Source: Azovibrio restrictus DSM 23866 (GTDB taxonomy: Bacteria > Pseudomonadota > Gammaproteobacteria > Burkholderiales > Rhodocyclaceae). From it: a DNA stretch of 64,000 nt. Positions 39,101-47,858 of the stretch are shown here, in pieces. The notes beneath the pieces were generated by a model. That model worked only from the letters and a program-made list of their open reading frames with translations. It had not been told where the DNA came from and made no database searches. The stretch is from the NCBI RefSeq assembly GCF_000429665.1, contig NZ_AUCH01000018.1, positions 25,317-89,316 on the forward strand, in the 5' to 3' direction. The translations under genes were made by a program, and so were the position numbers. Each line of letters opens with the position of its first letter. Positions within the stretch are counted from its first letter, which is position 1.

Positions 39101-41446
39101 GCGCAGGGCCACGGGGGTGGGGGCCTGGCCGGCCACGTAGGCGCAGCAGGCCGGGTCCAGGGGCGCGGCCGCCAGCTGTTCCACCTGCTGCCGGGCGGCG
39201 GCCAGGGCTTCTGCCGGGGGCGGGCGCCAGCCGTCGCCGGCGCCCGGGGCGGTTGCAAAGTCTGCCGCCCGCTGCCGTTCCCGGTTTTCCCGGTCTTCCC
39301 CGGCCCAGGCGGCCCAGGTGGCCGGATCGAAATAATCCACCCCGTCCGGGGCCTTGCCGTCGGCCTGGGGCCAGGGTAGCAGCTCCAGAACCCCGGGGTA
39401 GCGGCTGACGATCTCCAGGAATTCCCCCATGTCGTGGCGCCAGTCCAGCCACTGCTCGATCTGCTGGATGAAGCGGTCCCGGCCGGTGAGCACGGCGGCC
39501 ATGCCGTGGGAGCCCTGGTTGGGGGTGCCGAACTGCACCAGGCGGCTGCCCGGAATGGCCTTGAATTCCTCCCAGCGGCCGGCCAGGGCCAGCCGGGCCA
39601 CCAGCCCGCCCATGGAGTGGGCCATGATGCCCAGGGGCTGGCGGCGGGCCCGGGCGTCGTCCATGGCCTGCTCCAGGACCGGGGTGAATGCCGCCGCCGC
39701 CGCGGCAATGGAGAGGCGCCAGTCATAGGCCCAGGGGCGGACCTCATGGCTGGCGCCCAGGTAGGCGGCCAGGGCGGCGTAGCTCCTGTCCAGCCAGCCC
39801 CGGGGGCTGACCTGGGGCGCGTCGATGGCGAGACGGTTCATGTGTCCGGCGATCAGTTCCACCGGGTTGAACCAGATGTGCTCGTCGGCCAGGGCCAGGT
39901 GGCTGCCCATGATGCCGGGCAGCATCAGGACGATGGGGGCGTCGGCCCGGGGCGCGGGCCGTCGGACATCCCGGGCGATGGGGTCGGTGGAGGGGCCGCT
40001 CAGGGCGGTGAAGCTGTGGTTGTCCCCGGCCAGGGCCTGGAGCAGGGGCTGGTAGCTTTCCTGCCGCTCGAAATAGGTGAAGTGGGTGACATCCGGGCCG
40101 CGCACGGATTTCTGCCAGATGCCCGGGCGGCGGCGGGCGCCGCCGCTCATGGAAGGGGTGTTCACCACCAGGTCCGTGTGGCCGCCGTAGAAGCTTTCCA
40201 GGAGGCAGTCCCCGAGCCAGGTGAGCAGGCTCTTGCCCTGGAAATCCCCGGCGATCACGTGCAGGGGCATGTCCAGCTCCACCCGGGGATCGTTGAGCAG
40301 GGCCACCAGGGGCGAGTCGGGCATCATTGCCTCCAGGCCCGGCAGCACCCGGGCATCGGTGCGTTCCTTGACCACCGCCAGGAGGAAGTTCTTCAGCAGC
40401 CGGTAACCCTGGGACAGGGGCTCCAGCAGGGGGATGGATTTGCCCGCCAGCTCCAGGCCGCCTCCCAGCAGGTTGAGCATGACGCTGGCCCAGCGGTCCA
40501 GGCGCCCCGAGGCCAGGGTGGTGCCCCGGGCCGTGGCGGCCACCCGCACGAAACGCTCCACCCGGATCCCCTTGTCCTGCAGCAGGCGGCTGAGTTCTTC
40601 CAGCCGGGCCGCGTCTTCCGCGTGGCCCGGGCGCCCGGTCTGCTGGGCCTGTTCCAGGAAGCCCTGGATGTCGCTGCTCGAGTAGGGGACCTCCCCGAGC
40701 CGGTTGGCCCGGGCCAGGAGTTCCCCCACCATGCCGCCCCGGGAGTGGCTGACCAGGTGCAGCCGGGCCCCAGCCGGCAGGGTGCGGGCCAGGGCCAGGG
40801 CGTTGCAGATGGGGCTTTCGCTCAGGCTGCGGTGCTCGAAGCCGTAGATGCGCTCCCCGTAGGCGGCAGCCAGGGTCGCCCGGGCGCTGTTGTCCCAGAG
40901 TTTGCCGAAACTGCCCCGGGTGGAGGAGGCGGTGCCGTGGATGAACAGCAGGGAGGGGGCGTCGGCGGCCGGCATGGCCGTCAGGGGGTAGAGCTGCCAG
41001 CGCTGGTTGTCGAGCCGGTACAGGCCCTGGCGGTTTTCCAGGGCGTAGTCCTGGAAGGCGCCAGCGGCGGCCAGGGCCGTCATGCCCGCCGGGCCCTGGC
41101 GGAACACCCGCAGGGATTTCAAGAGCCAGCGGCCCAGTCCGTCCCGGGCCGCGCCGGCCAGCAGGCCGCGCAGCTCCGGCGCCAGGGCGGCCTGGAGCAG
41201 GGCCGGGCCCCCGTCCCGGTCGGCCTGCCGGCCCAGATAGCGTTCCGCGTCGGCGGCGGCCACCAGGATGCGGGTGCCGTCCTCCAGCTCCAGCTCCAGC
41301 ACCGTGTCCGGCGCCAGTTCCAGGGGCGGGGGAGCCGTTCCCCCGTCCCGGGCATAGGCGCCCGTAAGAATCGACTGGCCCTCCCAGTCTCCGTCGCGGA
41401 TGGGCTGGGGCGGGGTGGGCAGTTGCAGCAGGATGGGATCGGTCAT
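36140..41446 (-). CDS. Giant (1768 aa) multidomain protein: two alpha/beta-hydrolase (lipase/esterase-like GxSxG) modules + CHAT caspase-like protease domain + C-terminal TPR-like helical repeats
   Basis: GxSxG nucleophile elbows occur at LVSHSRGGMVG and IMAHSMGGLVARL. The CHAT His/Cys dyad region reads VMHLAAHGQV ... ELVFINCCHLGSMAG. No P-loop NTPase motif was seen. The antisense ORFs 36629..39379 and 39434..42334 are spurious. Confidence 0.8.
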   Translation of the reverse strand: MTDPILLQLPTPPQPIRDGDWEGQSILTGAYARDGGTAPPPLELAPDTVLELELEDGTRILVAAADAERYLGRQADRDGGPALLQAALAPELRGLLAGAARDGLGRWLLKSLRVFRQGPAGMTALAAAGAFQDYALENRQGLYRLDNQRWQLYPLTAMPAADAPSLLFIHGTASSTRGSFGKLWDNSARATLAAAYGERIYGFEHRSLSESPICNALALARTLPAGARLHLVSHSRGGMVGELLARANRLGEVPYSSSDIQGFLEQAQQTGRPGHAEDAARLEELSRLLQDKGIRVERFVRVAATARGTTLASGRLDRWASVMLNLLGGGLELAGKSIPLLEPLSQGYRLLKNFLLAVVKERTDARVLPGLEAMMPDSPLVALLNDPRVELDMPLHVIAGDFQGKSLLTWLGDCLLESFYGGHTDLVVNTPSMSGGARRRPGIWQKSVRGPDVTHFTYFERQESYQPLLQALAGDNHSFTALSGPSTDPIARDVRRPAPRADAPIVLMLPGIMGSHLALADEHIWFNPVELIAGHMNRLAIDAPQVSPRGWLDRSYAALAAYLGASHEVRPWAYDWRLSIAAAAAAFTPVLEQAMDDARARRQPLGIMAHSMGGLVARLALAGRWEEFKAIPGSRLVQFGTPNQGSHGMAAVLTGRDRFIQQIEQWLDWRHDMGEFLEIVSRYPGVLELLPWPQADGKAPDGVDYFDPATWAAWAGEDRENRERQRAADFATAPGAGDGWRPPPAEALAAARQQVEQLAAAPLDPACCAYVAGQAPTPVALRCHDGQMEIRWSQAGDGRVAWATGIPAGVPVWYAPAAHGDLMRAQDCFAAYLQLLQTGRCPLPGTPPASRAAGPGGFQPAPLAPPRIYPSPEEVEAAALGGAAPGQPTAAAEAEPARIGITHGSLANAGSPVLVGAYSHESLRGSVGFVNKQLGGGLEQARNLGRFNGWAGEVLVFPAPAGSRFPGAVVLGLGSLGDLTPGRLTRLLTQGLLEYVRNLAQRSPSAPEPVSLATLLVGSGYGGLGLSLALRSLADALREANRRLQETPGLAPIASLELFEEEEARAIAAARSLQELVREERYRDCLSYDGSLARAAGAFRGPGEAQDQDRSQHWPRVHVTAGAQGEALRFTLITSQARNGVDEEPDQRQAVDGLLRAATGSTRDQPGLSRALFELMIPNSLKAAIADLRGLILGVDDKAAVYPWELMRPEAGGQPLACRVGLIRQLASPHGRNKVRVVRNRRLLVLGDTRSGLVELPGAQREARAVAGLYEAQAYSCMPLYQADSQDILARLFDGEYQVMHLAAHGQVAEAGAGQTGLVMEAGVYLTTAQISKLRRVPELVFINCCHLGSMAGDARPRWGRLAANLATEFIEMGCKAVVAAGWAVDDQAAETFATTFHSAMLAGHPLGDAVLQARQATYARHPDCNTWGAYQAYGDERYQLAPDPRAEERLPDYLHPAQFHTDLLQLHARSQLTLTDAPARERYQARLNALENAARGRFLQYGAIRGSLAAAWSELGEPGWAPAISHYRAALLQADGSARLDMVDALAALETLQGLAELRQGKAEGLALVEQGLKRLELALALGENAGRRYRLAQGLACLSLARLHSRRNPEKSLEQMRASCLSASTLARDGGESCHGPALLAALDATLILAARGQAAALAEWQAQGQVWLQELAQDSSDALLMLEAERVSALGHSLLHPGSPAALEDPALGTALARRYQAQAAALRERQTLETQAAHLDWLATLWPSGPTQQALAKLTQAWRSGGGI

Positions 41447-41495
41447 GGCAGCCTCCGGGGCGGGGATGTGGGGGGAATGGATAGGGGGCCCGGGC

Positions 41496-42326
41496 TTACA
41501 GGCGGGCGGCCTGGACGTGCATCCAGTCGTAGTTGCGGCTGCGGCCCAGGCTCACCCAGCCTTCCGCCTCCCAGCACTGCCACCAGGGCTCGTACTCGGG
41601 GCGGGCGAAGCGGGCCCGCTGGCTGTTCCAGCGCAGCTGGTTGTGATCCGGGTCGAAATCCAGGGCGATGCCCCAGGCGTGGGTGGAAAGGGCGCTGCCG
41701 CCCCGCTTGTCGCGCATCTGGTAGCAGCCGCCGAACAGGTCCAGGCCCAGTTCTCCCAGCTGGCCGATGCCGTAGTGGTCCAGCACCCGGGCCAGCACCC
41801 GGCCCAGGCTGGGGGCCACCCGGGCGTGGCAGCGCAGGCGTTCCACCCGGGTGGCCGGGTCCCAGGCCAGGCGCAGGGGATAGGGCAGAGGGCAGGACAC
41901 CAGCCCGGCTTCCCCGGGCTCCCCGTAGCAGGCGCGCAGCTCGGCGGAACGTTCCAGGGGCCAGCCGTTGGGGTTGGGGGGCACGCGCTCCTGGCGCCAG
42001 GGGGCGGGCGGCTGGCCGTGGGCCTGCAGATAGGCCAGCTGCTCCGCCCCGTGACGGCTCTGGGGCCCCCAGAGGCCGTCCAGGGGACCAGGGTCGAAAC
42101 CCGCCGCCCGGCACTGGAGCTGCAGGGCCAGCTGGGCCTGGCGCCCGGCCGGCCAGCTGCGCCAGTCTTCTTGCGTGTCGGGGGCGGCCTGTTGCAGGAA
42201 GGCCTGCACGGCGTTACGGGTTTGCGGGCCCAGGCACCCGTCGATGTCGGGCAGGTGCAGGGCGGTTTGCAGGGTGCGCAGGGCCGGGGCTTGCATGGCG
42301 GGCTCCATTCCATGGGAATCAGACAC
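41496..42326 (-). CDS. Peptidoglycan-binding domain + M15-family (VanY/endolysin-like) zinc peptidase
   Basis: The N-terminal PG_binding_1-like segment is LHLPDIDGCLGPQTRNAVQAFL. The C-terminal LAS-type metallopeptidase motifs are SALSTHAWGIALDFD and HVQ. Confidence 0.65.
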   Translation of the reverse strand: MSDSHGMEPAMQAPALRTLQTALHLPDIDGCLGPQTRNAVQAFLQQAAPDTQEDWRSWPAGRQAQLALQLQCRAAGFDPGPLDGLWGPQSRHGAEQLAYLQAHGQPPAPWRQERVPPNPNGWPLERSAELRACYGEPGEAGLVSCPLPYPLRLAWDPATRVERLRCHARVAPSLGRVLARVLDHYGIGQLGELGLDLFGGCYQMRDKRGGSALSTHAWGIALDFDPDHNQLRWNSQRARFARPEYEPWWQCWEAEGWVSLGRSRNYDWMHVQAARL

Positions 42327-42470
42327 CTATTTAAGAGCTTCGGCTGCGCACTTGCAAATGGAATATTGCGGGGCTGTCCCCTGGTGCGGCGTGCAGGGGG
42401 GCTCCAGCCCCGGCGGCTTCTCCGGTAAAGTGGCGGCCTTCGATGGCAGACCCGGAACGGGAAAGACTGG

Positions 42471-43709
42471 ATGCGCCTCCTGCACACCTCCGACTGGCAC
42501 CTGGGCCAGCATTTCATGGGCAAGACCCGTCAGGCCGAACATCAGGCCCTGATCGGCTGGCTGCTGGAGCAGGTGGAAGCCCGGCAGGTGGATGCGGTGC
42601 TGATCGCCGGCGACCTGTTCGATACCGGCACGCCCCCCAGCTATGCCCGGGAGCTCTACAACCAGCTGGTGGTGAGCCTGCACGCCCTCCGGGTGCCGCT
42701 GCTGCTCCTGGCCGGCAACCATGATTCCGTCGCCACCCTGAACGAAAGCCGGGAGCTGCTGGCCCGGCTGGGGGCCACGGTGATCACCACGGCGGGCGCC
42801 GATCCGGCCGACCAGCTCGTGCTCCTGCCCGGGCGGGACGGAAATCCTGGCTGCCTGGTGGGGGCGGTGCCCTTCATTCGCCCCCGGGACCTGCTCCAGA
42901 GCCAGGCCGGGCAGAGCGGCGAAGACAAGCAGCGCTCCCTGCAGAGCGCCATCCAGGCCCATTACGCCGCCGTCCACGAGGCCCTGGTGGAACGCCAGCA
43001 GGAGCTGGAAACCAGCCTGGGCCGGCGCCTGCCTTTGGTGCTGACCGGCCACCTGACCACCGTGGGCGCCAGCGCCAGCGAATCGGTGCGGGAAATCTAC
43101 GTGGGCGCCCTGGAAGCTTTTCCCACCAGCGCTTTTCCTCCGGCCGACTACATCGCCCTGGGCCATATCCACCGGCCCCAGAAGGTGGGCGGCCTGGAGC
43201 TCATCCGCTACAGCGGTTCGCCCCTGCCCCTCAGTTTCGACGAGGCCGGCCAGCAGAAGGAAATGCTGCTGGTGGACCTGGAGGCCGCTGGCCTGGCGGC
43301 GGTGACGCCCCTGCCCGTGCCCCGCTTCCAGGGGCTGGCGGCGATCCGGGGCAGCCTGGACAGTCTCGCCGGCCCCATCGGCGCCGCCGCCGCCCTGGGC
43401 TCGCCGGAACGGCCCACCTGGCTGGAGGTGACGGTGAACGGCGACGACTGGCTGGCCGACCTGCCCGCCCGGCTGGAACAACTGACGGCCGGCTGGCCGG
43501 TGGACATCCTGCGCATCCGCCGGGCCCGGGGCAACGAGGCCGCCCGGCTCGCCGCCAGTCCGGGCCTCACCCTGGAAGAACTGAGTCCGGACGAGGTCTT
43601 CGCCCGCCGCCTGGCCCAGGAGGACCTGGACGAGCCCCAGCGCGAGGCGCTGACCGGGCTGTACCGGCACATCCTGGCGGGCATGGCCGACCCGGCCCCT
43701 GGTCCATGA
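42471..43709 (+). CDS. sbcD: Exonuclease SbcCD nuclease subunit SbcD (Mre11-like)
   Basis: The calcineurin-like phosphoesterase motifs MRLLHTSDWHLG, AGDLFD and GNHD are present. Confidence 0.9.
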   Translation: MRLLHTSDWHLGQHFMGKTRQAEHQALIGWLLEQVEARQVDAVLIAGDLFDTGTPPSYARELYNQLVVSLHALRVPLLLLAGNHDSVATLNESRELLARLGATVITTAGADPADQLVLLPGRDGNPGCLVGAVPFIRPRDLLQSQAGQSGEDKQRSLQSAIQAHYAAVHEALVERQQELETSLGRRLPLVLTGHLTTVGASASESVREIYVGALEAFPTSAFPPADYIALGHIHRPQKVGGLELIRYSGSPLPLSFDEAGQQKEMLLVDLEAAGLAAVTPLPVPRFQGLAAIRGSLDSLAGPIGAAAALGSPERPTWLEVTVNGDDWLADLPARLEQLTAGWPVDILRIRRARGNEAARLAASPGLTLEELSPDEVFARRLAQEDLDEPQREALTGLYRHILAGMADPAPGP

Positions 43710-44296
43710 GCCCCATGCAGATCATCCTGATGCGCCATGGCCGGCCCCTGGGCCCCGGCCTCAGATGGCTGAGCGCCCGGGCCTTCGGCGCCTGGGTGGA
43801 TGCCTATGACGCGGCGCCCATCGATCCCGCCTGTCCGCCGCCCGCCGTAGCCCTCCGGCTGGCCCGGCAGGCCGCTTGGGTGCAGTGCAGCAGCCTGCCC
43901 CGTTCCCTTTCCTCGGCGGCCGCCCTGGGGGTTCGGCCCGATGCCGGGGATGCCGCTTTCCGGGAGCTGGACATGCCCCGTGCAGACTGGCGTTTTCCCC
44001 CTCTGCCCGTGGCCTGCTGGTTGCTGCTGTTCCGGCTGGCCTGGGTGGCGGGCTACCGTCGTCAGGCCGAATCCTTTGCCGCGGCCCGGGACCGGGCTGC
44101 TGCCTGCGCCGCCGGGCTGATCCAGCTGGCCGGCCAGCAGGGCAGCGTGCTTTTTGTCGGGCACGGGGCCCTGAACTGGTTCATCGGCCGGGCCCTGCGC
44201 CGGGCGGGCTGGCAGTCTTCCGGCGGCGCCCGGCGCCACTGGGAGGCCGCCGTGTTCAGCCGGGGCGAACCCGTTTTTCCGGAGCATGCCGGATGA
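43706..44296 (+). CDS. Histidine phosphatase (phosphoglycerate-mutase-like) family protein inserted between sbcD and sbcC
   Basis: The RHG catalytic motif (IILMRHGRP) is present. Its start overlaps the sbcD stop (ATGA) and its stop overlaps the sbcC start (ATGA). Confidence 0.65.
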   Translation: MSPMQIILMRHGRPLGPGLRWLSARAFGAWVDAYDAAPIDPACPPPAVALRLARQAAWVQCSSLPRSLSSAAALGVRPDAGDAAFRELDMPRADWRFPPLPVACWLLLFRLAWVAGYRRQAESFAAARDRAAACAAGLIQLAGQQGSVLFVGHGALNWFIGRALRRAGWQSSGGARRHWEAAVFSRGEPVFPEHAG

Positions 44297-47200
44297 AGAT
44301 CCTCCGTCTGCGCCTGAAGAACCTCAACTCCCTCAAGGGGGAGTGGAGCATAGACTTCACCCGGCCGCCCTTCGTGGATAACGGCCTGTTTGCCATCACC
44401 GGGCCCACCGGGGCGGGCAAGTCCACCCTGCTGGACGCCATCTGCCTCGCCCTCTACCACCAGACGCCGCGCCTGGAGCGGATTTCCAGCAGCGACAACG
44501 GCATCATGACCCGGCACACGGCCGACTGTCTGGCCGAGGTGGAATTCGAGGTGAAAGGGTCGGCCTATCGGGCCTTCTGGAGCCAGCGCCGGGCCCGGGA
44601 CAAGGCGGATGGCGCCCTGCAGGCCGCCAAGGTGGAACTGGCCGAGCTGGCCCCCGATGGCAGCGGCACCATCCTTTCCAGCCAGGCCGCGGACAAGCTG
44701 AAGCGCATCGCGGAGATCACCGGCCTCGACTTTCCCCGGTTCACCAAGTCCATGCTGCTGGCCCAGGGCGGTTTTGCCGCCTTCCTGAACGCCAGCGCCA
44801 ACGAGCGGGCCGAGCTCCTGGAGGAGCTCACCGGCAGCGAGATCTACGGGGAAATCTCCCGCCGGGTCTTCGAGCAGGCCCGGGCGGCCCGTCAGGTGCT
44901 GGAGCAGCTCCAGGCCCGGGCCGAGGGGGTGGAACTGCTGAGCGAAGCCCAGCGGGCGGAAATGGCCGCCCGGATGGCCGGTCTGGAAAGCCAGCTGGCG
45001 GCCTGTCAGGCCCGGATCGCCACGCTCCAGGCCCAGCGCCAGTGGCGCCTGGACCTAGCCGGGAGCGAGCAGGAGGTCAGGGCTGCCGAAACCCGGCTGG
45101 CCGAGGCCGCCGCAGCCCTGGCTGAGATCGTCCCTGAGCTCCAGCGCCTGGCGGTGGATGAACCGGCCCAGGCCCTGCAGGCGCCCCATCTGGCCTGGCA
45201 GCAGGCGGCCGCCCTGGGCCGCCAGAGTGCCGCCGGGCTGGCCCAGCTGCGCCAGGAGCTGCAGCGTCTCCAGGCGGAGCAGTACGGCTGCCACCAGGAA
45301 GCCAGGGCCCTGGCGACCTTCCTGGCCGGGCAGGCGCAGGCCGCCCTGGGGCAGCTGGAGCAGGAGCTCCGGACCCTGGACGAATTCCGGGCCGCCCATC
45401 CCCAGCAGGCCCAGCTGGGGGAAAAACTGGGGGAATGGAAATCCCGCCTCGACGAAGCCCGGCGCCTGGAGGAGGAAAGCGCTGCCGGGCAGCGGCAGTT
45501 GCAGCAGTTGGCTGCCGAAATCGCCGCCCAGCAGGGGCGCCTGACGGCCCAGGCCCAGGCGGTCGGCACTGCCGGAGAGCTGGCTGCCCGGGCCGAGGCC
45601 AGGCTGCAGCAACTGTTGCAGGAGCAGGCGCAGCGCCTGGCCGGGCAAAGCCTGCCCGGGCTGCGGGCCGCCTGGCAGCAGGCCCAGACCCACCTCGGGC
45701 AGCAGCGGCAGCTTGCCGATCTGGCCCGCCAGCGGCGCGAGTTGAGCGCCCGCCACCGGGCCCGGCTCGAGCAGCAGCAGCGCTTGCAGACCCGGATGGC
45801 CGGCCAGGAGCAGGCCCTGGGCGAACTGCGCCGGGCCTATGAAAACCTCAACAGCCAAGTCCTGGACAAGCGCCGCCTGCTGGAGCAGGAAAAACTGATC
45901 CAGAGCCTGGAGGCCCACCGCCACCAGCTCCAGCCGGGCCAGCCCTGTCCCCTGTGCGGCGCCACCGGGCATCCAGCCATCGCCGCCTACCAGGCCCTCG
46001 ACCTGTCCGCCACCGCCAACGCCCTGGGCGAGAAGGAGGCGGAGCTCAAGGCCCTGACGGAAAAGGGCCAGCAGGCCCGGGCCGAGCAGGCCGCCAGCCG
46101 CGCCACCCTGGAGGCCGGGGAGAAGGAAGCCCTGGCCCTGGTGGCGGAACTGACCCGCCTCGCCGGGCTCTGGCAGGAAGCCCTGGAGGCGTTGGCGTCC
46201 GGGGACGGGTTTTCATCTTCATCCGATGTTGTGGCAGCAGCCGCCTGGGAGGATGAAAGCGCCCTGGCCGCGGCCTGCCAGCGGGCTGAACAGGAACTGC
46301 AGCGCCTGGCCCAGGACCTGCAAGCTGCCGAACAGGGGGAGGCGGCCATCCAGGCCGCCCGCCAGCAGACCGCCCAGGCGCAGCAGGCCCTGGAAGCCGC
46401 CCGGCACCAGCAGGGCTTGCTGCAGCAGCAGGGCCAAGCCCAGGAGGTTCGCCAGGGGGAGTTGCAGCAGGCCCTGGCCGCCCGCCAGCAGGCCCGGGCC
46501 GATCTGCTCGGCCAGCTCACTGCCGCCATCCAGGCCGCCGGGCACGGGGCCCCGGACCTGTCGTCGCCCACTGCTGCTGCCGACTGGCTGGCGGCCCGGG
46601 AAGCCGAGTGGCGCTTGTGGGAGCAGCGGCAGCTCCGCCGCCAGGAGCTGGCCGGCGCCCTGATCCGCCAGCAGAGCCAGGCGGAGGCCGCCCGGGCTGC
46701 GGCTGCCCTGTGGGAGCAGCGCGGCCGGGAACTGGCCCTTGCCCCCGAGGGGGCGACGGCCGCTCCCGACCTTGATCCGGCCGATGGGGCCGAGGCCGCC
46801 GCCCGGCTGGCCCGCTGTGAACAAGACAGCGAGCGCCTGGACCGGGAGCTGGCGGCCCTGGCCGGGCGCCAGAGCCAACTGGCTGCCGACCTGGCCCGCC
46901 AGGAACTGGCCGAGCAGGCATGCGCCGCCGCCTGGCAGGCCGCCCTGCACGACAGTCCCTTCCCCGATCAGGCCGCCTGGCAGGCGGCCCTGCTTTCCGA
47001 GGACGAGCGCCAGCGCCTGGGGCAGCTGAGTCAGGTGCGGCAGCAGGCCCGGCAGCAGGCCGAAGCCGTGCTCCAGGCCGCCCGGGACAAATTACAGAAG
47101 CTGCAGGCGCAGCTCTCCAGTGCCGGGGAACCGCCGGCCCTGATCGAGCTGGAAGCCCTGCTGGCCCAACAGGACAGCCAGCTGCGCAGCCACAGCGAAC

Positions 47201-47805
47201 AGCTGGGGGCCGAGCGGGCCCTGCTGGAGCGGGACACCCGGGCCCGCCAGAACCAGCAGACCCTGTTCGCCGAAATCGACCGGCAGCGGGCCGACAGCGA
47301 CCTCTGGCAACGGCTGGACAGCCTGATCGGCTCGGCCCGGGGCGACAAGTTCCGCAAGTTCGCCCAGGGCCTCACCCTGGACCACCTGCTGGCCCTGGCC
47401 AACCGCCACCTGGGCCGTCTGCACGGCCGCTACCTGCTGCGCCGCAAGGACCTGGGGGAGCTGGAACTGGACATCATCGACAGCTGGCAGGGGGACGTGG
47501 CCCGGGACACACGCACCCTCTCCGGCGGCGAGAGCTTCCTGGTCAGCCTGGCCCTGGCCCTGGCTCTTTCGGACCTGGTCAGCCACAAGACCTCCATCGA
47601 CTCCCTGTTCTTGGATGAAGGTTTCGGCACCCTGGACGGGGAGACCCTGGAAACCGCCCTGGATGCCCTGGACAGCCTCAACGCCAGCGGCAAGATGATC
47701 GGCATCATCAGCCACGTGGAAAGCCTGAAGGAGCGGATACCGGTGCAGGTCCATGTGGACAAGAGCAGCGGCGTGGGCTACTCGGGCCTGCGGGTGAAGG
47801 GCTAG
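44293..47805 (+). CDS. sbcC: Exonuclease SbcCD ATPase subunit SbcC (SMC/Rad50-like)
   Basis: The N-terminal Walker A FAITGPTGAGKST is present, followed by a long coiled coil with a CPLCG zinc hook. The C-terminal signature LSGGESFLVSLALALAL...LFLDEGFGTLD is present. The true start is MKILRLRL at 44293 (track start 43876 is upstream in-frame). Confidence 0.92.
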   Translation: MKILRLRLKNLNSLKGEWSIDFTRPPFVDNGLFAITGPTGAGKSTLLDAICLALYHQTPRLERISSSDNGIMTRHTADCLAEVEFEVKGSAYRAFWSQRRARDKADGALQAAKVELAELAPDGSGTILSSQAADKLKRIAEITGLDFPRFTKSMLLAQGGFAAFLNASANERAELLEELTGSEIYGEISRRVFEQARAARQVLEQLQARAEGVELLSEAQRAEMAARMAGLESQLAACQARIATLQAQRQWRLDLAGSEQEVRAAETRLAEAAAALAEIVPELQRLAVDEPAQALQAPHLAWQQAAALGRQSAAGLAQLRQELQRLQAEQYGCHQEARALATFLAGQAQAALGQLEQELRTLDEFRAAHPQQAQLGEKLGEWKSRLDEARRLEEESAAGQRQLQQLAAEIAAQQGRLTAQAQAVGTAGELAARAEARLQQLLQEQAQRLAGQSLPGLRAAWQQAQTHLGQQRQLADLARQRRELSARHRARLEQQQRLQTRMAGQEQALGELRRAYENLNSQVLDKRRLLEQEKLIQSLEAHRHQLQPGQPCPLCGATGHPAIAAYQALDLSATANALGEKEAELKALTEKGQQARAEQAASRATLEAGEKEALALVAELTRLAGLWQEALEALASGDGFSSSSDVVAAAAWEDESALAAACQRAEQELQRLAQDLQAAEQGEAAIQAARQQTAQAQQALEAARHQQGLLQQQGQAQEVRQGELQQALAARQQARADLLGQLTAAIQAAGHGAPDLSSPTAAADWLAAREAEWRLWEQRQLRRQELAGALIRQQSQAEAARAAAALWEQRGRELALAPEGATAAPDLDPADGAEAAARLARCEQDSERLDRELAALAGRQSQLAADLARQELAEQACAAAWQAALHDSPFPDQAAWQAALLSEDERQRLGQLSQVRQQARQQAEAVLQAARDKLQKLQAQLSSAGEPPALIELEALLAQQDSQLRSHSEQLGAERALLERDTRARQNQQTLFAEIDRQRADSDLWQRLDSLIGSARGDKFRKFAQGLTLDHLLALANRHLGRLHGRYLLRRKDLGELELDIIDSWQGDVARDTRTLSGGESFLVSLALALALSDLVSHKTSIDSLFLDEGFGTLDGETLETALDALDSLNASGKMIGIISHVESLKERIPVQVHVDKSSGVGYSGLRVKG

Positions 47806-47858
47806 GGATTGCCGGGCGGGCCGGGGGGCCGGCGGCGCCCCTGGAAAGGGAGGCTGGC

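Noticed and set aside
36140-41446. STAND/NLR-like NTPase (Avs/bNACHT-type) identity for the giant protein
   Set aside because: No Walker A/B P-loop motif was found on reading the sequence. The domains are hydrolase + CHAT + TPR.
36629-42334. Two large plus-strand ORFs (916 and 966 aa)
   Set aside because: Both are antisense to the giant CHAT protein and the M15 peptidase. They are Gly/Ala/Pro/Arg-rich with no motifs.
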